Shown here piece after piece: positions 13,426 to 25,363 of a stretch of DNA of 64,000 nucleotides. Below the pieces are notes generated by a model, which saw only the letters and a program-made list of their open reading frames with translations, had not been told where the DNA came from and did not search any database. The translations under genes were made by a program, and so were the position numbers. Where the stretch lies: the NCBI GenBank assembly GCA_951406725.2, contig OX597823.1, positions 45,074,001 through 45,138,000 on the forward strand, written 5' to 3'. Numbering within the stretch: the first letter of the stretch is position 1; each line of letters starts with the position of its first letter. Source of the stretch: Octopus vulgaris (Eukaryota).

Positions 13426-14128
13426 TATATATATATATATATATATATATAAATGTATGTATGTATGTATATATATATATAACGTGAAATACAGGAAGGG
13501 ACGAACACGGAACACAGACAAATCATTCGAAGCCTTCAATCTTCAGTCAGACACCGAATCATCATAGCAAATTTCGGTTGTTCAATTCTGATATTTGCTC
13601 CAACTCGGCCAGCCCCAAGAAAAAAAACTAAGCTGTAAGCATTAGATTTCTTGGTAGAAGACAGGAATGTGAACGCACAAGACGGATGTGAATACAAGAG
13701 ACGAAAACGAAATTGAAAACAGTAATGAATAAACAAAATATATATAACGGTGGTTGTCATACGACTTTAGACCAAATGAGACAAAAACACAACAACAACA
13801 TAGCTGGCGTAGAAATAATTACCGTTTCGGTAGCGGGGACACATGTTGGTCGAGATACAAAGGCCAACAGAATGGTTTAAGAAGCAGCAGGTCGCAGGAG
13901 AGAGAGAAAGAGAGACAGAGAGAGAGGGAATCAAAGAGGGTGGAAGGCAGGGGACAGAATCAGTGACCAAGAGAAAAGGAGAAAGAAGGGATTAAGGAGG
14001 ATGGGAGGAAGAGGGGAGGAGGATGGGAGGAAGAGAGGGGAAGAATCGGAGGGCGCCAAAAAGTTTGGTAAAGAAGCAATGGCGGGTAGTAAAAGACAGT
14101 GTGTATAGAAGTCGTGCAGGGTGTATAT

Positions 14129-14160
<32 letters not shown>

Positions 14161-14177
14161 GTATGTATGTATGTATG

Positions 14178-14490
14178 TCATTATTCAGTTTATTTCAAGA
14201 TTTCTTGCCAATAGAGAAAGAACTGGTTTCTAATCCAAGGCTCCTTCATTGGAATTTCAACATCACCAACAGGGTATGTATGTATGTGCAGATTTGTATG
14301 TTTTATGTATGTATTCTCATGCATAGAGTTACATATCTAGACATGCTCATATATATTTAAATGATAAACTTCTGGGAAGTTTTACAGATTTTTACAGTTC
14401 CAGTGATGGATTGGATCAGTAGCCTTCGAATTAGCTTTCTTCTTTCTGGTTTTGGGAAGCCTAATTTCTCAAGATTTAGGCAGTGTATGC
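14178..14490 (-). mobile_element. 3' end of REL-type (R4/Dong-like) non-LTR retrotransposon
   Basis: 14357-14488 translates IHCLNLEKLGFPKPERRKLIRRLLIQSITGTVKICKTSQKFII*, resembling R4-clade C-termini; 3' end abuts (CATA)n. Confidence 0.6.
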
Positions 14491-14609
14491 AGCTTTGTAA
14501 TGAGAGTAGAGTCAAATTTATTGTGACAAACCAATTATATATGTATATGTGTATGTGTGCACATGCATATGTGCATACTGTACATGTTTATGTGTGTGAG
14601 TGTGTGGCT

Positions 14610-14915
14610 AGCACCCGGTCAGTTACTACTTGTTGATCTGATCAACAAAACAGCCTGCTTGTAAAATTAACCAGCAAGTGGCTGAGCACTCCACAGTCAC
14701 GTGCACCTTTAACATGATTCTCAGGGAGATACATGAGACAGACTGTGACAAGGCTGGCCCATTGAATTACAGGTACAAACTCATTTTTGGCAGCTGAGTG
14801 GACTGGAGCAATGTGAAATGAAGTGCCTTGCTCAAAAACACAATGCCCTACCAGGTATTGAACTCATAATCTTATGATCTTGAGCCAAATAAACTAACTA
14901 CTGGGTCACACACCT
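14610..14915 (-). mobile_element. tRNA-derived SINE family C
   Basis: Minus strand GAGTTCAATACC B box then TTGAGCAAGGCACTT...TTGCTCCAGTCCACTCAGCTG; same head at 60020-60140. Confidence 0.7.
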
Positions 14916-14948
14916 TCACACACACACATGCACACACACACACATATA

Positions 14949-15113
14949 GGTGTAGGTTGGCTGTGTGATAAGAAGTTTGCTTCCCAGCCACATGGCTCTG
15001 GGCTGAATCCCACTGTATGGTACCTTGGACAAGTGTCTTCTGCTACAGCCTCATGCCAATCAAAAGCTTGTGAGTGGATTTGGTAGAGAAAAAAAACTGA
15101 GAGAAACCCATCC
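14949..15113 (+). mobile_element. SINE family A head (degraded)
   Basis: GGCTGTGTGATAAG...CCTTGGACAAGTGTCTTC...GTGAGTGGATTTGGTAG. Confidence 0.75.
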
Positions 15114-15424
15114 TATGTTTATATACATGTATATATAATTTTGTTATACAGTTTTATAATAATCAAAACACATCAACTTGTAGGATGTCAGAAATGGCTA
15201 GGTAGAATAACATAGAGTTCACAGTGAAATAAACATTGAATACATCAAATGTTGGTAGGATAACATAGGCATGCAAGTAGCAAATCCAATTTATAACTAT
15301 AGATACAATACAACTCTGAGATTGGTCCCTGATATGACATAAGTATATAAATAAACATAAATAGTGTGCTGCTTTGCGAGCACTGCATATATATATATGC
15401 ATATACAAATATATATATACATAC

Positions 15425-15470
<46 letters not shown>

Positions 15471-16643
15471 GCATGTGTAAGTATTGTATGTGTCTGTGTG
15501 TGTATGCGTATTTGTTTATGTTTGCATTTTCAAAAAATCACTCAGCTAAAGGCTGTGACATTGCTGTTATTTTCCCTAGCAACAAGTCAGCTACTGGCTC
15601 TGTGCCTTTGAAGACTTCTGGAATAAGATACCTCTTACTTGTACAACAGGTAAATGGTTTGTAACAGGAAGGACATCCAGCCATAAGACAATCCCTTAAT
15701 AATATAGTCTATATTTGTCTAAACCATAACAGCATGAGAAAATGGATGGAAATGTGAACAGATGAACTAATAAATTTGAGCAAGGTCTCCTATCAGAGGG
15801 TAATTTCTTCCCTTCATACCACTAGTCTTGAAGGCCCTGCAGAAAATCACAGATGTTGCCCTTTCACATTTCAATAAATCATTAAAAGAAAACAAAATAG
15901 AAAGAAAAGTCTATTGATTTCTTTTTGTGGTCTGTAGAGAGTTATTTGTGTTGTGATATTCACATCATTTTTTAATTAAATATATTGAATCAACATTCGA
16001 AATCAGAGAATAATCTTAGCCTCTTGCATATCAGTACACTGTACTGTTTATCAGTTAACACAACTCTCTTTTGACCAGTTAGAAGGCTGATATTAGGGCC
16101 AATAGGTTATGAATGGTTAGACATTCTCACTTTCAATCTAACGTACATTTATATTATTGACATCACAATGGTAAAAGAGCAAAGTCAAAACCCACTGGCA
16201 TTTGAACTCCAGAGGCAGAAAGAAAAGGCTAAAGAACATAATGTATTTAACCTAATACTCTTTCTCCCTCCTCTCGCTCTCTCCCTTGTTCTCTTTCTGT
16301 CTCTCTCTGTCTCACTGACTTTCTCCCCCACCTCTCTCTATATATATTAACCTATACACACATACTATTTTTACGTTTTTATTATCATCAAATACAAACA
16401 GCAGCTTACAGATTAAGATTAAAGACTTCCATTAAAAGTCTTGAAGAGAAAATCCTAACTTACTTTCTGTCTCTCTCTTCCTCTCACTCACTCTATTTCA
16501 GTTTCTCTTGCTCATTCACTCTCTCACTCACTCTTACTCTTTGTCCCTCTGTCTCTGCCTGCCTGTCTGTCTGTCTTTGCTCTTATCTCTTTTTTTCTAC
16601 CAACCTACTTCCCACTTCCCTCTTCCTCACTGTCCACTTCTAG

Positions 16644-16823
16644 CACAGAATCGAGGGCATTGATAACTCCGCCCTCACTCAACTCTTATCCACCTCCCAG
16701 GAATATTTGGAACTATTTCTTTGTTGGACTTGCTATAGAAGTACAAAAAGCAAGAAATGTCAAAAGCTGACACAGTCCACTTGTAGAAAGGCCAATAGAT
16801 ATAGTTACAGTCGCTTAGGGGAT
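16644..16823 (+). CDS. Candidate internal coding exon, product unknown
   Basis: Long pyrimidine tract with TTCTAG acceptor, 180 nt open in phase 0 (HRIEGIDNSALTQLL...YSYSRLGD), GTAAGC donor; no recognisable homology. Confidence 0.3.
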
Positions 16824-17314
16824 GTAAGCTGATAACTCTCTTCCTGAAGTGGCTTTACAGTAATGAAAAGATACACACCATACTATGGCATTTCTCAAGT
16901 AAAAGTTTAATGGCATATTTAGTATGGAAGGTCAAAGTGTAATAATTTAATGCTACACAGGTTACATTTTTGTGAAAGTAATCAAATAAAAGATATAACG
17001 TTTTATAGCATTTCATAGGCTTTTTGATGCACGTTTTGTTTGGCAGATCAAAGTATAATAATGATACCAAGTTTTATGATGGCAGGTCTTTCGGCTATTT
17101 TATAAAACACATTCTGCTACCCATCTGCTACACATGATGGCTGATAGCCAAGACTGACAGAATGCCACACCAAATAATTTAATATTATTCAGTTTTATCT
17201 TCCCAGTTGTGAGTTGATTTTTGCTTTACTTTCTTACTTTCTTATATTTCATTACGTACCTCATTTCTTTGGGTTTCATAAGACATGTCCTAACAATCTA
17301 AGGAAATAAGTTTG

Positions 17315-17652
17315 ATTACATTATTTACATCATTTACATTATTTACAATTGTCGGATATTTGTCCTCATCTTGTTTGTTGTTAACACAATGTTTCAGCTG
17401 ATATGCCCTCCAAGCATTCATCAGGTGTCTTGGGGAAATTTTGAACCTGGGTTCTCATTCCTAAGGTATTTTTTGATGTTGTTATTATTATTATTATTAT
17501 TATTATAATTATTATTATTAAGGTCACTGCCTGGAATCGAACTCAGAATCTTGGGGTTAGTAGCCTGCACTCTTAACCACTATGCCATATGCCCGTGGGC
17601 ATATGGCGTAGTGGTTAAGAGTGTGGGCTACTAACCCCAAGAATCCAAGTTC
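17315..17652 (-). mobile_element. tRNA-headed element with hammerhead-like motif and inverted duplication of its head
   Basis: A box TGGC[A/G]TAGTGGTT, B box GAGTTCGATTCC, (TAA)n, CTGATGA...GAAAC motif, (TGTAAATAA)-like tail; palindrome centred at 17595/17596. Confidence 0.75.
17383..17429 (-). ncRNA. Minimal type I hammerhead ribozyme-like motif (slightly degenerate)
   Basis: GACAC-CUGAUGA-AUGCU...AGCU-GAAAC-AUU-GUGUU: stem I GACAC/GUGUU, both core boxes intact, stem II and III bases mismatched. Confidence 0.6.
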
Positions 17653-17969
17653 ATCTCGACAACTTCCTGCATGAGAAATGCTTCAAACTAGGCAATGTGT
17701 TCCTCCCTTTTTACGATTAGAAAGTGTGATTTAAGAGAGATTTGTCTGCTAATTCTTGTTTGTTGAGTGATGCTATAAAGTTTCCATTATAGATTCATTG
17801 TCTTTTAATTTAAAATCATGGCTGAATCAATGCGTTCTTTTATTTCCTTTGATGTGATAAAGTAAACACTAATAATACACACTATTGATGCAATTGCCCA
17901 ATGTTTCAATAAGAATTATAAACATATTTCTTTCTTTATAATCTTCAAAAGAAGTGGGTGTAAAAACGA

Positions 17970-18430
17970 TGGCATGGCTGTGTGGTAAGAAGTTTGCTTC
18001 CCAACCACATGGTTCTGGGTTCAGTCCCACTGGATGGCATATTGGGCAAGTGTCTACTACTATAGCCTCAGGCTGAACAAAGCCTTGTGAATGGATTTGG
18101 TCGACATAAACAGAAAGAAGCCCATCATATATATGCGTATATACATGATGGGCTTCTTTCATCCCATCATATATGTGTGTGTGTGTGTGTGTTTGTCTTT
18201 CTCTATGTGCTTGTCTTCCCTCGACCCCACCCCACCCCTGCTTGACAACCGGTGCTGGTGTGTTTATGTCCCTGTAACATGGTGGTTTGGCAAAAGAGAC
18301 TGATAGAATAAGTACGAGGCTTTAAAAGATAAGTTCTGTGGGTTGAAACAGTTGACAAAAAGATCCTTCAATGTGGTGCTCCAGCATGGCCTCAGTCTAA
18401 TGACTGAAACAAATAAAAAGATAAAAAGAT
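17970..18430 (+). mobile_element. SINE family A, full length
   Basis: Head, internal microsatellite and ATAAAAGATAAAAG tail. Confidence 0.85.
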
Positions 18431-18776
18431 ACATGAATATACACTTACATCCATTCATTCATATAAATATGCATACATATGTACAAAGACACGCATGCAA
18501 CACGCACACATACACACACAAACACATAAATCAGGTGCAACTTCCTGGTATTTACACCAGCACTTAGAATTTTTAAAATCTAAGCCACATAATTGAAGGA
18601 GAGTATATGTAGGATGTGTGTATCCTGGTCGTAGCCATCCCTCATGAAATTGAAAGATGTATATTAACATCTTTTACATGCTGTATCATGTGGTTCAAAT
18701 GACCATTTTCTCTCTTAGATTATAGCAATTTATTCTTATATGCAACCATAATAGGTGGTGATTTGTGGAATGCATA

Positions 18777-19004
18777 TACAAGGAATGCTGAAAAGTTCCT
18801 GGCTTTGGATAAAAGAAAATATAGGAGGATCAGTTAATTATGAACATTTATGATTTTATTCAACATATTCTCCTCTCAGATTCACACACTTTGCAGTGGT
18901 CCTTCAGTTTTTCTAAGCCCTGTTAAAGAACTCAGAAAGTTGGGCCTTTAACCAGGTCTTTTGTGATGCCCTTACAGCCAAGAACTTACTAGTACCCCCT
19001 CATA
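18777..19004. mobile_element. Tc1/mariner-type MITE
   Basis: TA flanks; TIRs CAAGGAATGCTGAAAAGTTCCTGGCT / AGCCAAGAACTTACTAGTACCCCCTCA. Confidence 0.7.
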
Positions 19005-19099
19005 TAACATAAGATTACAGGGACATGTCAAAAGTAAATACTATCTTTCTGTTCTTACCACTAGGTTAAAGTTGCACTGAGGAAAACTTAACATGGCCT

Positions 19100-19870
19100 C
19101 TACTAATCAACAAAGAGCATTTGAGAGTCTAACATATTCAGGGATAGTCCTGGGTATGACTTTGATTTGCATCCAGTTGTGGAAATCCTGGTATGGGAGT
19201 TCCAGGGTTTTGAGGGGCATAGAACTTCCTCTTAGCCACTATTGTCCCCAACTCAGAGTTGTAGCACCTCTCAGGGTCCCAGTTACAGGTTACTTAGCAT
19301 GTCAAGGAACTGCCTTCAGAAGAAGGCCATTTACAAATGCCCCAACAGACCCAAGGCATTTGAAGCTCTTCACTTTAGCTGCTTATCTTAGAGGAAGTAA
19401 CTTCGTTCAAAACCTGCATCCTGATAACTATTGGGCTTGTAGCACTTGTTGCATTAGACCAATATAAGTTTGAAAGATGAAGGAGAGGGCCTGGCTTTGC
19501 GCAAACTGTGCTCACTGTAATAATAAACCCCTGCTGTTTTGTCGGATAATCTACAGAGCATTTAAATAAGGCTAAGGGAGTAAATCCTTATAGAGAATCC
19601 AGAGAGTGGTTCCTAAGGCAGATATGTATGGTTATACTTAATGAATGTCTGGTTTCCTTGCAGCACCATGGACACTGCGAACATATTAACTTGCCTTTCC
19701 ATTGTGATGTATCAACAAGTGAAGAGATGATAAATGTACTTGAGGCTAGGCACTTGCTTTTGGAAACAGCCCAGGCACAACAGAAATGGTTAAGCTATTG
19801 TCTCTGCAATACTGATGACCAATGATGAAAAGGTTGACCATACTCAGGGATATTGGATATGATCTACATA
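19100..19870 (+). mobile_element. Possible degraded LINE (RTE-like) 5' region
   Basis: GC-richer block with GGGAGTAAATCCTTATAGAGAATCCAGAGAGTGGTTCCTAAGGCAG, recalled as resembling RTE 5' UTRs; no clean ORF. Confidence 0.3.
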
Positions 19871-19944
19871 AACAGTATAATGTAATACATAATCAATGTA
19901 ATCAACATCCAATAACACTTACTTCCACAATTACTTGTTGGGAA

Positions 19945-20105
19945 GGACACAGCATTTCATTTTGCAACCATAATGTACTACCAAGTATATTAAAGGTTTA
20001 TAAATCAACATTGTGATTTACCTTTTTGCGTTAGCAGTGTGATTCAATCACTTTCCGGGGGGGGGGAGGAAGAGAGGGAGGAAGAGGGAGTCTATAGAAA
20101 TTAGT
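19945..20105 (+). repeat. Unclassified interspersed repeat (also 33448-33635 on +; related part at 20490-20575 on -)
   Basis: CACAG[C/T]ATTTCATTTTGCAAC...CCAAGTATATTAAA...GTTAGCAGTG shared between copies. Confidence 0.7.
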
Positions 20106-20654
20106 AACTACATTCATCTCTTATAGAGATTTTTTAAGTAGCTGCTTTGCTTGCTGCAAGATCAGTGACTGGTTGTCACTTATTTTTCTATATATTGTGA
20201 GCTGGAGTGGATTACTGCTATTTCTAGTGAATGGGTGTCCACCACTGAGGATGAGTAACAATAGCTTGAAATTGTATGGTCTGGTGGTCCTGTTGTCTGC
20301 AGGAAGATGGTAGGAGTTTACTCCCCTGCTTGCAATATGTATCAGGTGCAGATTGCATTGATAACCAACTGGAGGTTTCTTCTGGGGTTAAAAATTGTAG
20401 TAACATCAGTTCCTATGGAATAGCCATATTGAAGTGGTGATAAACATTACTTCTACAGAAATTCTACAGACCTTAGATCCAACACTGTATTTGTATTCAT
20501 ATTTGTATACAAAACATCGTAACTTTCAGTGTGGGTCTAAATTCTATAGAATATCTGTAGAGATAATTTTAAAATGACTTACTTTTACATAATTGATACT
20601 TGAAACACCAACCACACAATTCACATAATTCATATTCTACACCAAGGGTCAGCA

Positions 20655-20789
20655 CACTAACATAGCTAGAGTGTGTACCACCTGGGGCAGCCCTTCCATT
20701 TGCTGCCTCTGGACCCCACAAAAAACACATATTGCCTACAACAGACCCAAAAGTGCCGCCCCTACCACCCCCATATAGCTATCCTAGTG
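20655..20789. mobile_element. hAT-type MITE with perfect 8-bp TSD
   Basis: TSD GGTCAGCA at 20647-20654 and 20790-20797; TIRs CACTAACATAGCTA / TAGCTATCCTAGTG. Confidence 0.8.
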
Positions 20790-21385
20790 GGTCAGCAACA
20801 GGTGGCACAGCCCTCAAGAACGCCATTCAAGTGTTCTCTGTTGATGCTTGGAGATACTGCAAAAAATTTTCAAATTTAATGTATTTGTGGGCCATTTTAA
20901 CCATTGATGACTTTTAGGTAGTATTTTGTGTCGCAACTTTTACTTATCTAAGCACTGCAAGGAATGGAAACTGGTATAAGACATTGATATTTATGTATGT
21001 GAGATACAGAGTAATGTGCATGTAGGTCATGGGCAAATGTAAAATGAGGAAAAATGAGCCACTGCAAAAAGAAGTTGCTGATCTTTATTCTACCCATGCA
21101 ACACTTTCATTTCATACTGTACATCTGTGTTTCCAAACTTCAGAACTAATTTTCATGTCATGGTATGCTGGAAATTCAGGTTAAATTTCATGTGTCTTTG
21201 AATAACACTATGGATGATTTATGGAGGGTTGCTGGCCAGTTTGACTTGTCACCAGAATGGGTGCTGGTCTAACAGATTCTCTCATCACTGCTCGCCAAAA
21301 TTATCTTCTAATGCTAAAACATATAATAACCACTCAGATGGCGCATACAAAATGTGAAGTCAACTCAACAAAATAAGAATTCACA

Positions 21386-22002
21386 TTACACTCCTCCCCC
21401 TCCTCCCCCCTCCTCCCTTCTCTCCTCTCCTCCTTCACCTCCCCCTCTCCTACTACCTGCTTCCTCCCCCTCCCCTACTACTTGCTTCCTCCTCTCCTCT
21501 CCTCTCCCCCTCTTCCCTCTTCTCCTCCTCCCTTCTCTCCTCTCCTCTGCCACCTCTGCCACCTCCACCACCTCCGCCACCTCCACCAACTCATCCTCCT
21601 TCTCCTCCACCACCACCACCACCGCTTTCTCCTCCACCAACTCCTTCTCCCCCACCACCTCCTTCTCCTCCACCACCTCCTTCTCCCCCCACCACCACCG
21701 CTTTCTCCTCCACCAACTCCTTCTCCCCACCCCTCCTTCTCCCCACCCCTCCTTCTCCTCCACCCCTCCTCCTCCTCCTCCCCCACTATCTCCTTCTCCA
21801 CCACACCCTTCTCTTCCATCACCTCCTCCTATCCCCATCCGCCTCTCCCCTCCTCCTCCGTCTCCTCTTCCGGCTCTTGCCCTTCTCCCTCTCCCCCTCC
21901 CTCCTCCCTCACATCCTCCTCCTTCGCCTCCTCCTCCATCTCCTCCTCCTCGTCCATCGCCCACCCCCTCCGCCCCTCCTCCTCCTCTACATCCTCCTCC
22001 TA
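21386..22002. repeat. Degenerate (CCT/CCA)n pyrimidine-rich tract
   Basis: About 620 bp, C/T-rich and almost G-free on +. Confidence 0.9.
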
Positions 22003-23624
22003 AACTGACGAAACATTAAAATAACACCAGAAACTACAAACCACAACAAATCCACAATAAATCAAAATTGATGTAGCAGTATTCAAATGCAATTCTGCAT
22101 TCCCAAAAGACAGTGCTGTGCACATCTCTGGAACACAATGAGGAACATGATGACACAGCTGAGATTCACATATAATTTTTTTGAAAATTGGATAATGATA
22201 ATAATAAACTTATGGTAGAGTCATGCCATTTTATAGAGAAAGAATTGCACATTCGAATCAACTATTAAAATTAAAACAACAATGCTAAAAATTACAAAAT
22301 CAAAAACAAACAAGCAAATAAAAAAATGGTTCACATCAGTAATCAAAAAGTTATTCTCCACAGATATGTCTGAATATAAAACTATGAAGTCAGAAGCCAC
22401 AAGCTTAAACAAATTACAGCAAAAATGACAGATGACAGAAGTATAAAGTGGAGATGAGCTAGAAGAGATTTGTTTTTAAATTATACAGATTTTTTTTTAA
22501 TGGAAATCTCGAGACCTCTGAACATACTAGAAAATCACTTAAAAAAGCAAGTCTGTGTGTATGAGTGTATGTCTGTGAGTATGCATTATATGTATGTACA
22601 TACATACATATATATATATATACATATATATATATACATATATACATATATATACATATATACATATATTCACAGTTAGACGGTGATGAGAGGAACAAAC
22701 ACCCACCCACATATATATATATATGTGTGTGCGTCTATACAAACATATATGTGAATATGTATACAACCTTCAACAAAGTAACAGTCATGTACACAACTTG
22801 GACGGACACATGCCAGTACACGGACATACGTTCACATACACATACACATGTACACACTCTCACAGACACGTCTGCCCATTCTCCTAGACACTCACATACA
22901 TACGTAGCACATGAGTACAAACATACATACATACCTACGTATGGGCATACACACGTACATACGCACGTACATGTACGCACACACATACATGGGCACATGC
23001 ATACGTGCGCGTATACATACATACGCACATGCGTACGTATGTACATACACACATACATACATACATACGCACATACATACGCACATACATACATACATAC
23101 ATACGCACAATAGTAAAACAAAAGTTCTGTGATATAGAGATAAATATCTGATAATAGGTTTTAGGGTATAGTTTTGGGAGTAAGGGTCGTAAATCACTTC
23201 CAGGCTTCGGCGGGGGGGGGGGGGGGTAGTTGAAATTTGATATTATTGTGATGAGTGGTCACTCTACATCTATCCATCGCTACAGGTTTATAGCTTTATG
23301 TTTATAGTATGTATGTGCGTGCATATACACACACATACGTATATACATACATACATACATACATACATACATACATACATACATACATACATGCATACAC
23401 AGGCGTATGTACGTACATGCATACATACATACACACATACATACGTACATATATATGACGAACTAACTGTTACTTTCTCAGATGCAGCACGGATTTTTGT
23501 CAGTGAACAGGTCGCGGATTTTAGCGACGAAAATATTTTGACAAATTAAACTTAAATATTGAAGTGAATCGAACGGCTTTTGTGTGTTTCTTAAATGGCT
23601 TATAAACACCTTCCACGCTGCAAT

Positions 23625-23667
<43 letters not shown>

Positions 23668-23726
23668 TTTCTTATTTTGTGTATATATATATATATACAT
23701 ATATACATATATATGTATATATAATA

Positions 23727-24115
23727 GGTGTAGGAGTGGCTGTGTGGTAAGTAGGTTACTTACCAATCACATGGTTCCGGGTTCAGTCCCACTGTGTGGC
23801 ACCTTGGGCAAGTGTTTTCTACTATAGCCTCGGGCTGACCAAAGCCTTGTGAGTAGATTTGGTAGACAGAAACTGAAAGAAGCCTGTCGTATATATATAT
23901 GTGTGTGAGTGTATATGTTTTTGTGTCTGTGTTTGTTCCCCCAGCATTGCTTGACAACCGATGCTGGTGTGTTTACGTACCCATAACTTAGCGGTTTGGC
24001 AAAAAAGACCAATAGAAGAAGTACTAGGCTTACAAAGAATAAGTCCTGGGGTCGTTTTGCTTGACTAAAAGGGATGCTCCAGCATGGCCAAGTCAAATAA
24101 CAAACAAGTAAAGAG
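23727..24115 (+). mobile_element. SINE family A, full length
   Basis: GGTGTAGGAGTGGCTGTGTGGTAAG head through CAAGTAAAAGAG tail. Confidence 0.9.
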
Positions 24116-24714
24116 TATATGTATATATATGTATATGTGTGTGTGTGTACATTCATGCATGCGTATATACTCATTTAAATGAGTACGCATGTGTGTGTGT
24201 GTGTCTATGAGTGTGTTCATGCGTGCCCATGTACAGATGCACATGCTCGCTTAAATACAGACATACACGCAAAACCACATGAGCACGTTCACACATCCAC
24301 ATATACAACTATATACTTGCACATATCACCCCTTCCTACTTTCCCTCCAACAACCCGACTAATTTCCTGTCCACAACACGGTTGATTTCCTGTCCACCAC
24401 GGGTATTTTCCAACTAACTATTGTTGCTGATATACTCATATACCAACATCAAACCATGACACTGCGTGATCTTCCTTGACCAGTCACAGTCTACTTTATG
24501 AAAATAACAATCTTTCATTCAAATTCAAAATGGCTGAAGACTAGCATCATGCTTGAAATTCAGAGTACCAATGAATTTGAATCAAACTATTTTGATCCAT
24601 ACATGTAGCTCCCAAATAAACGTGTTGAATGACCTTCTTTTGTTTGTCCCCTCACTCGTACAATTGCTCCAGACTCTGTTGAGTGCCATTTGTGAACATC
24701 TGGAGAGACAACCA

Positions 24715-24910
24715 CTACCGTACTCACTGAGGAATATCCAAATACCTCCAAGGAAAATCTATTTGACATGACTTATGGAGAAGATGGAAAGTGTCATCTA
24801 TGGAAATCTATCCACCACTACATCTATGGATAAATTTGGCTTCAAATCCCAAAAGTGCCCACCCATGTATGAAAGACCTTTAGAACTTTGGGACAGACCT
24901 ATGGAACATT
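24715..24910 (+). pseudogene. Penelope-like element (Naiad-type) ORF N-terminal fragment
   Basis: LPYSLRNIQIPPRKIYLT*LMEKMESVI...DKFGFKSQKCPP, then shifted KDL*NFGTDLWN; fits the recalled YSxKNIPIP...FGFKS..PP N-terminal pattern. Confidence 0.65.
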
Positions 24911-25151
24911 ATATATATATAATATTAATAATAATGATAATAATGATAATAATAATAATAACAACAATAATAATAACAATAATAATAATAATAATAATGA
25001 TAATAATGATAAAGGGTAAAATTAATTAATTAATTAATAATTAATAATTAATAATTTTACCAAGTAGTTTGGTATGTTACAATAACCTTTATCGGTAACC
25101 TTACACAAAAATTTTATAATTATAAGCATAACTATAAAATTTTATATGTAT

Positions 25152-25352
25152 ATCATCATCATCATCATCATTTAACGTCCGTTTTCCATGCTAGCATGGG
25201 TTGGACGGTTCGACCGGGGTCTGGAAGCCATCGAGGCTGCACCAGGCTCTAGTCGGATTTGGCAGCATTTCTACAGCTGGATGCCCTTCCTAACATCAAT
25301 CACTTCGTGAGTGTAGTGGGTGCTTTTTACGTGCCACCGGCACAGGGGCCAG
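25152..25352 (-). mobile_element. RTE-type 3' tail
   Basis: (CAT)n TTTAACGTCCGTTTTCCATGCTAGCATGGGTTGGACGG, homologous to 3572-3780. Confidence 0.85.
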
Positions 25353-25363
25353 AGAAAAACAGC

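Noticed and set aside
17520-17652. Functional tRNA genes
   Set aside because: A/B boxes are present but acceptor and anticodon stems do not pair well; the head is fused to a repeat body. The same applies to other SINE heads
21354-22019. Proline-rich or glycine-rich protein
   Set aside because: Several frames on both strands are open because the CCT tract lacks stops; no splice or homology support
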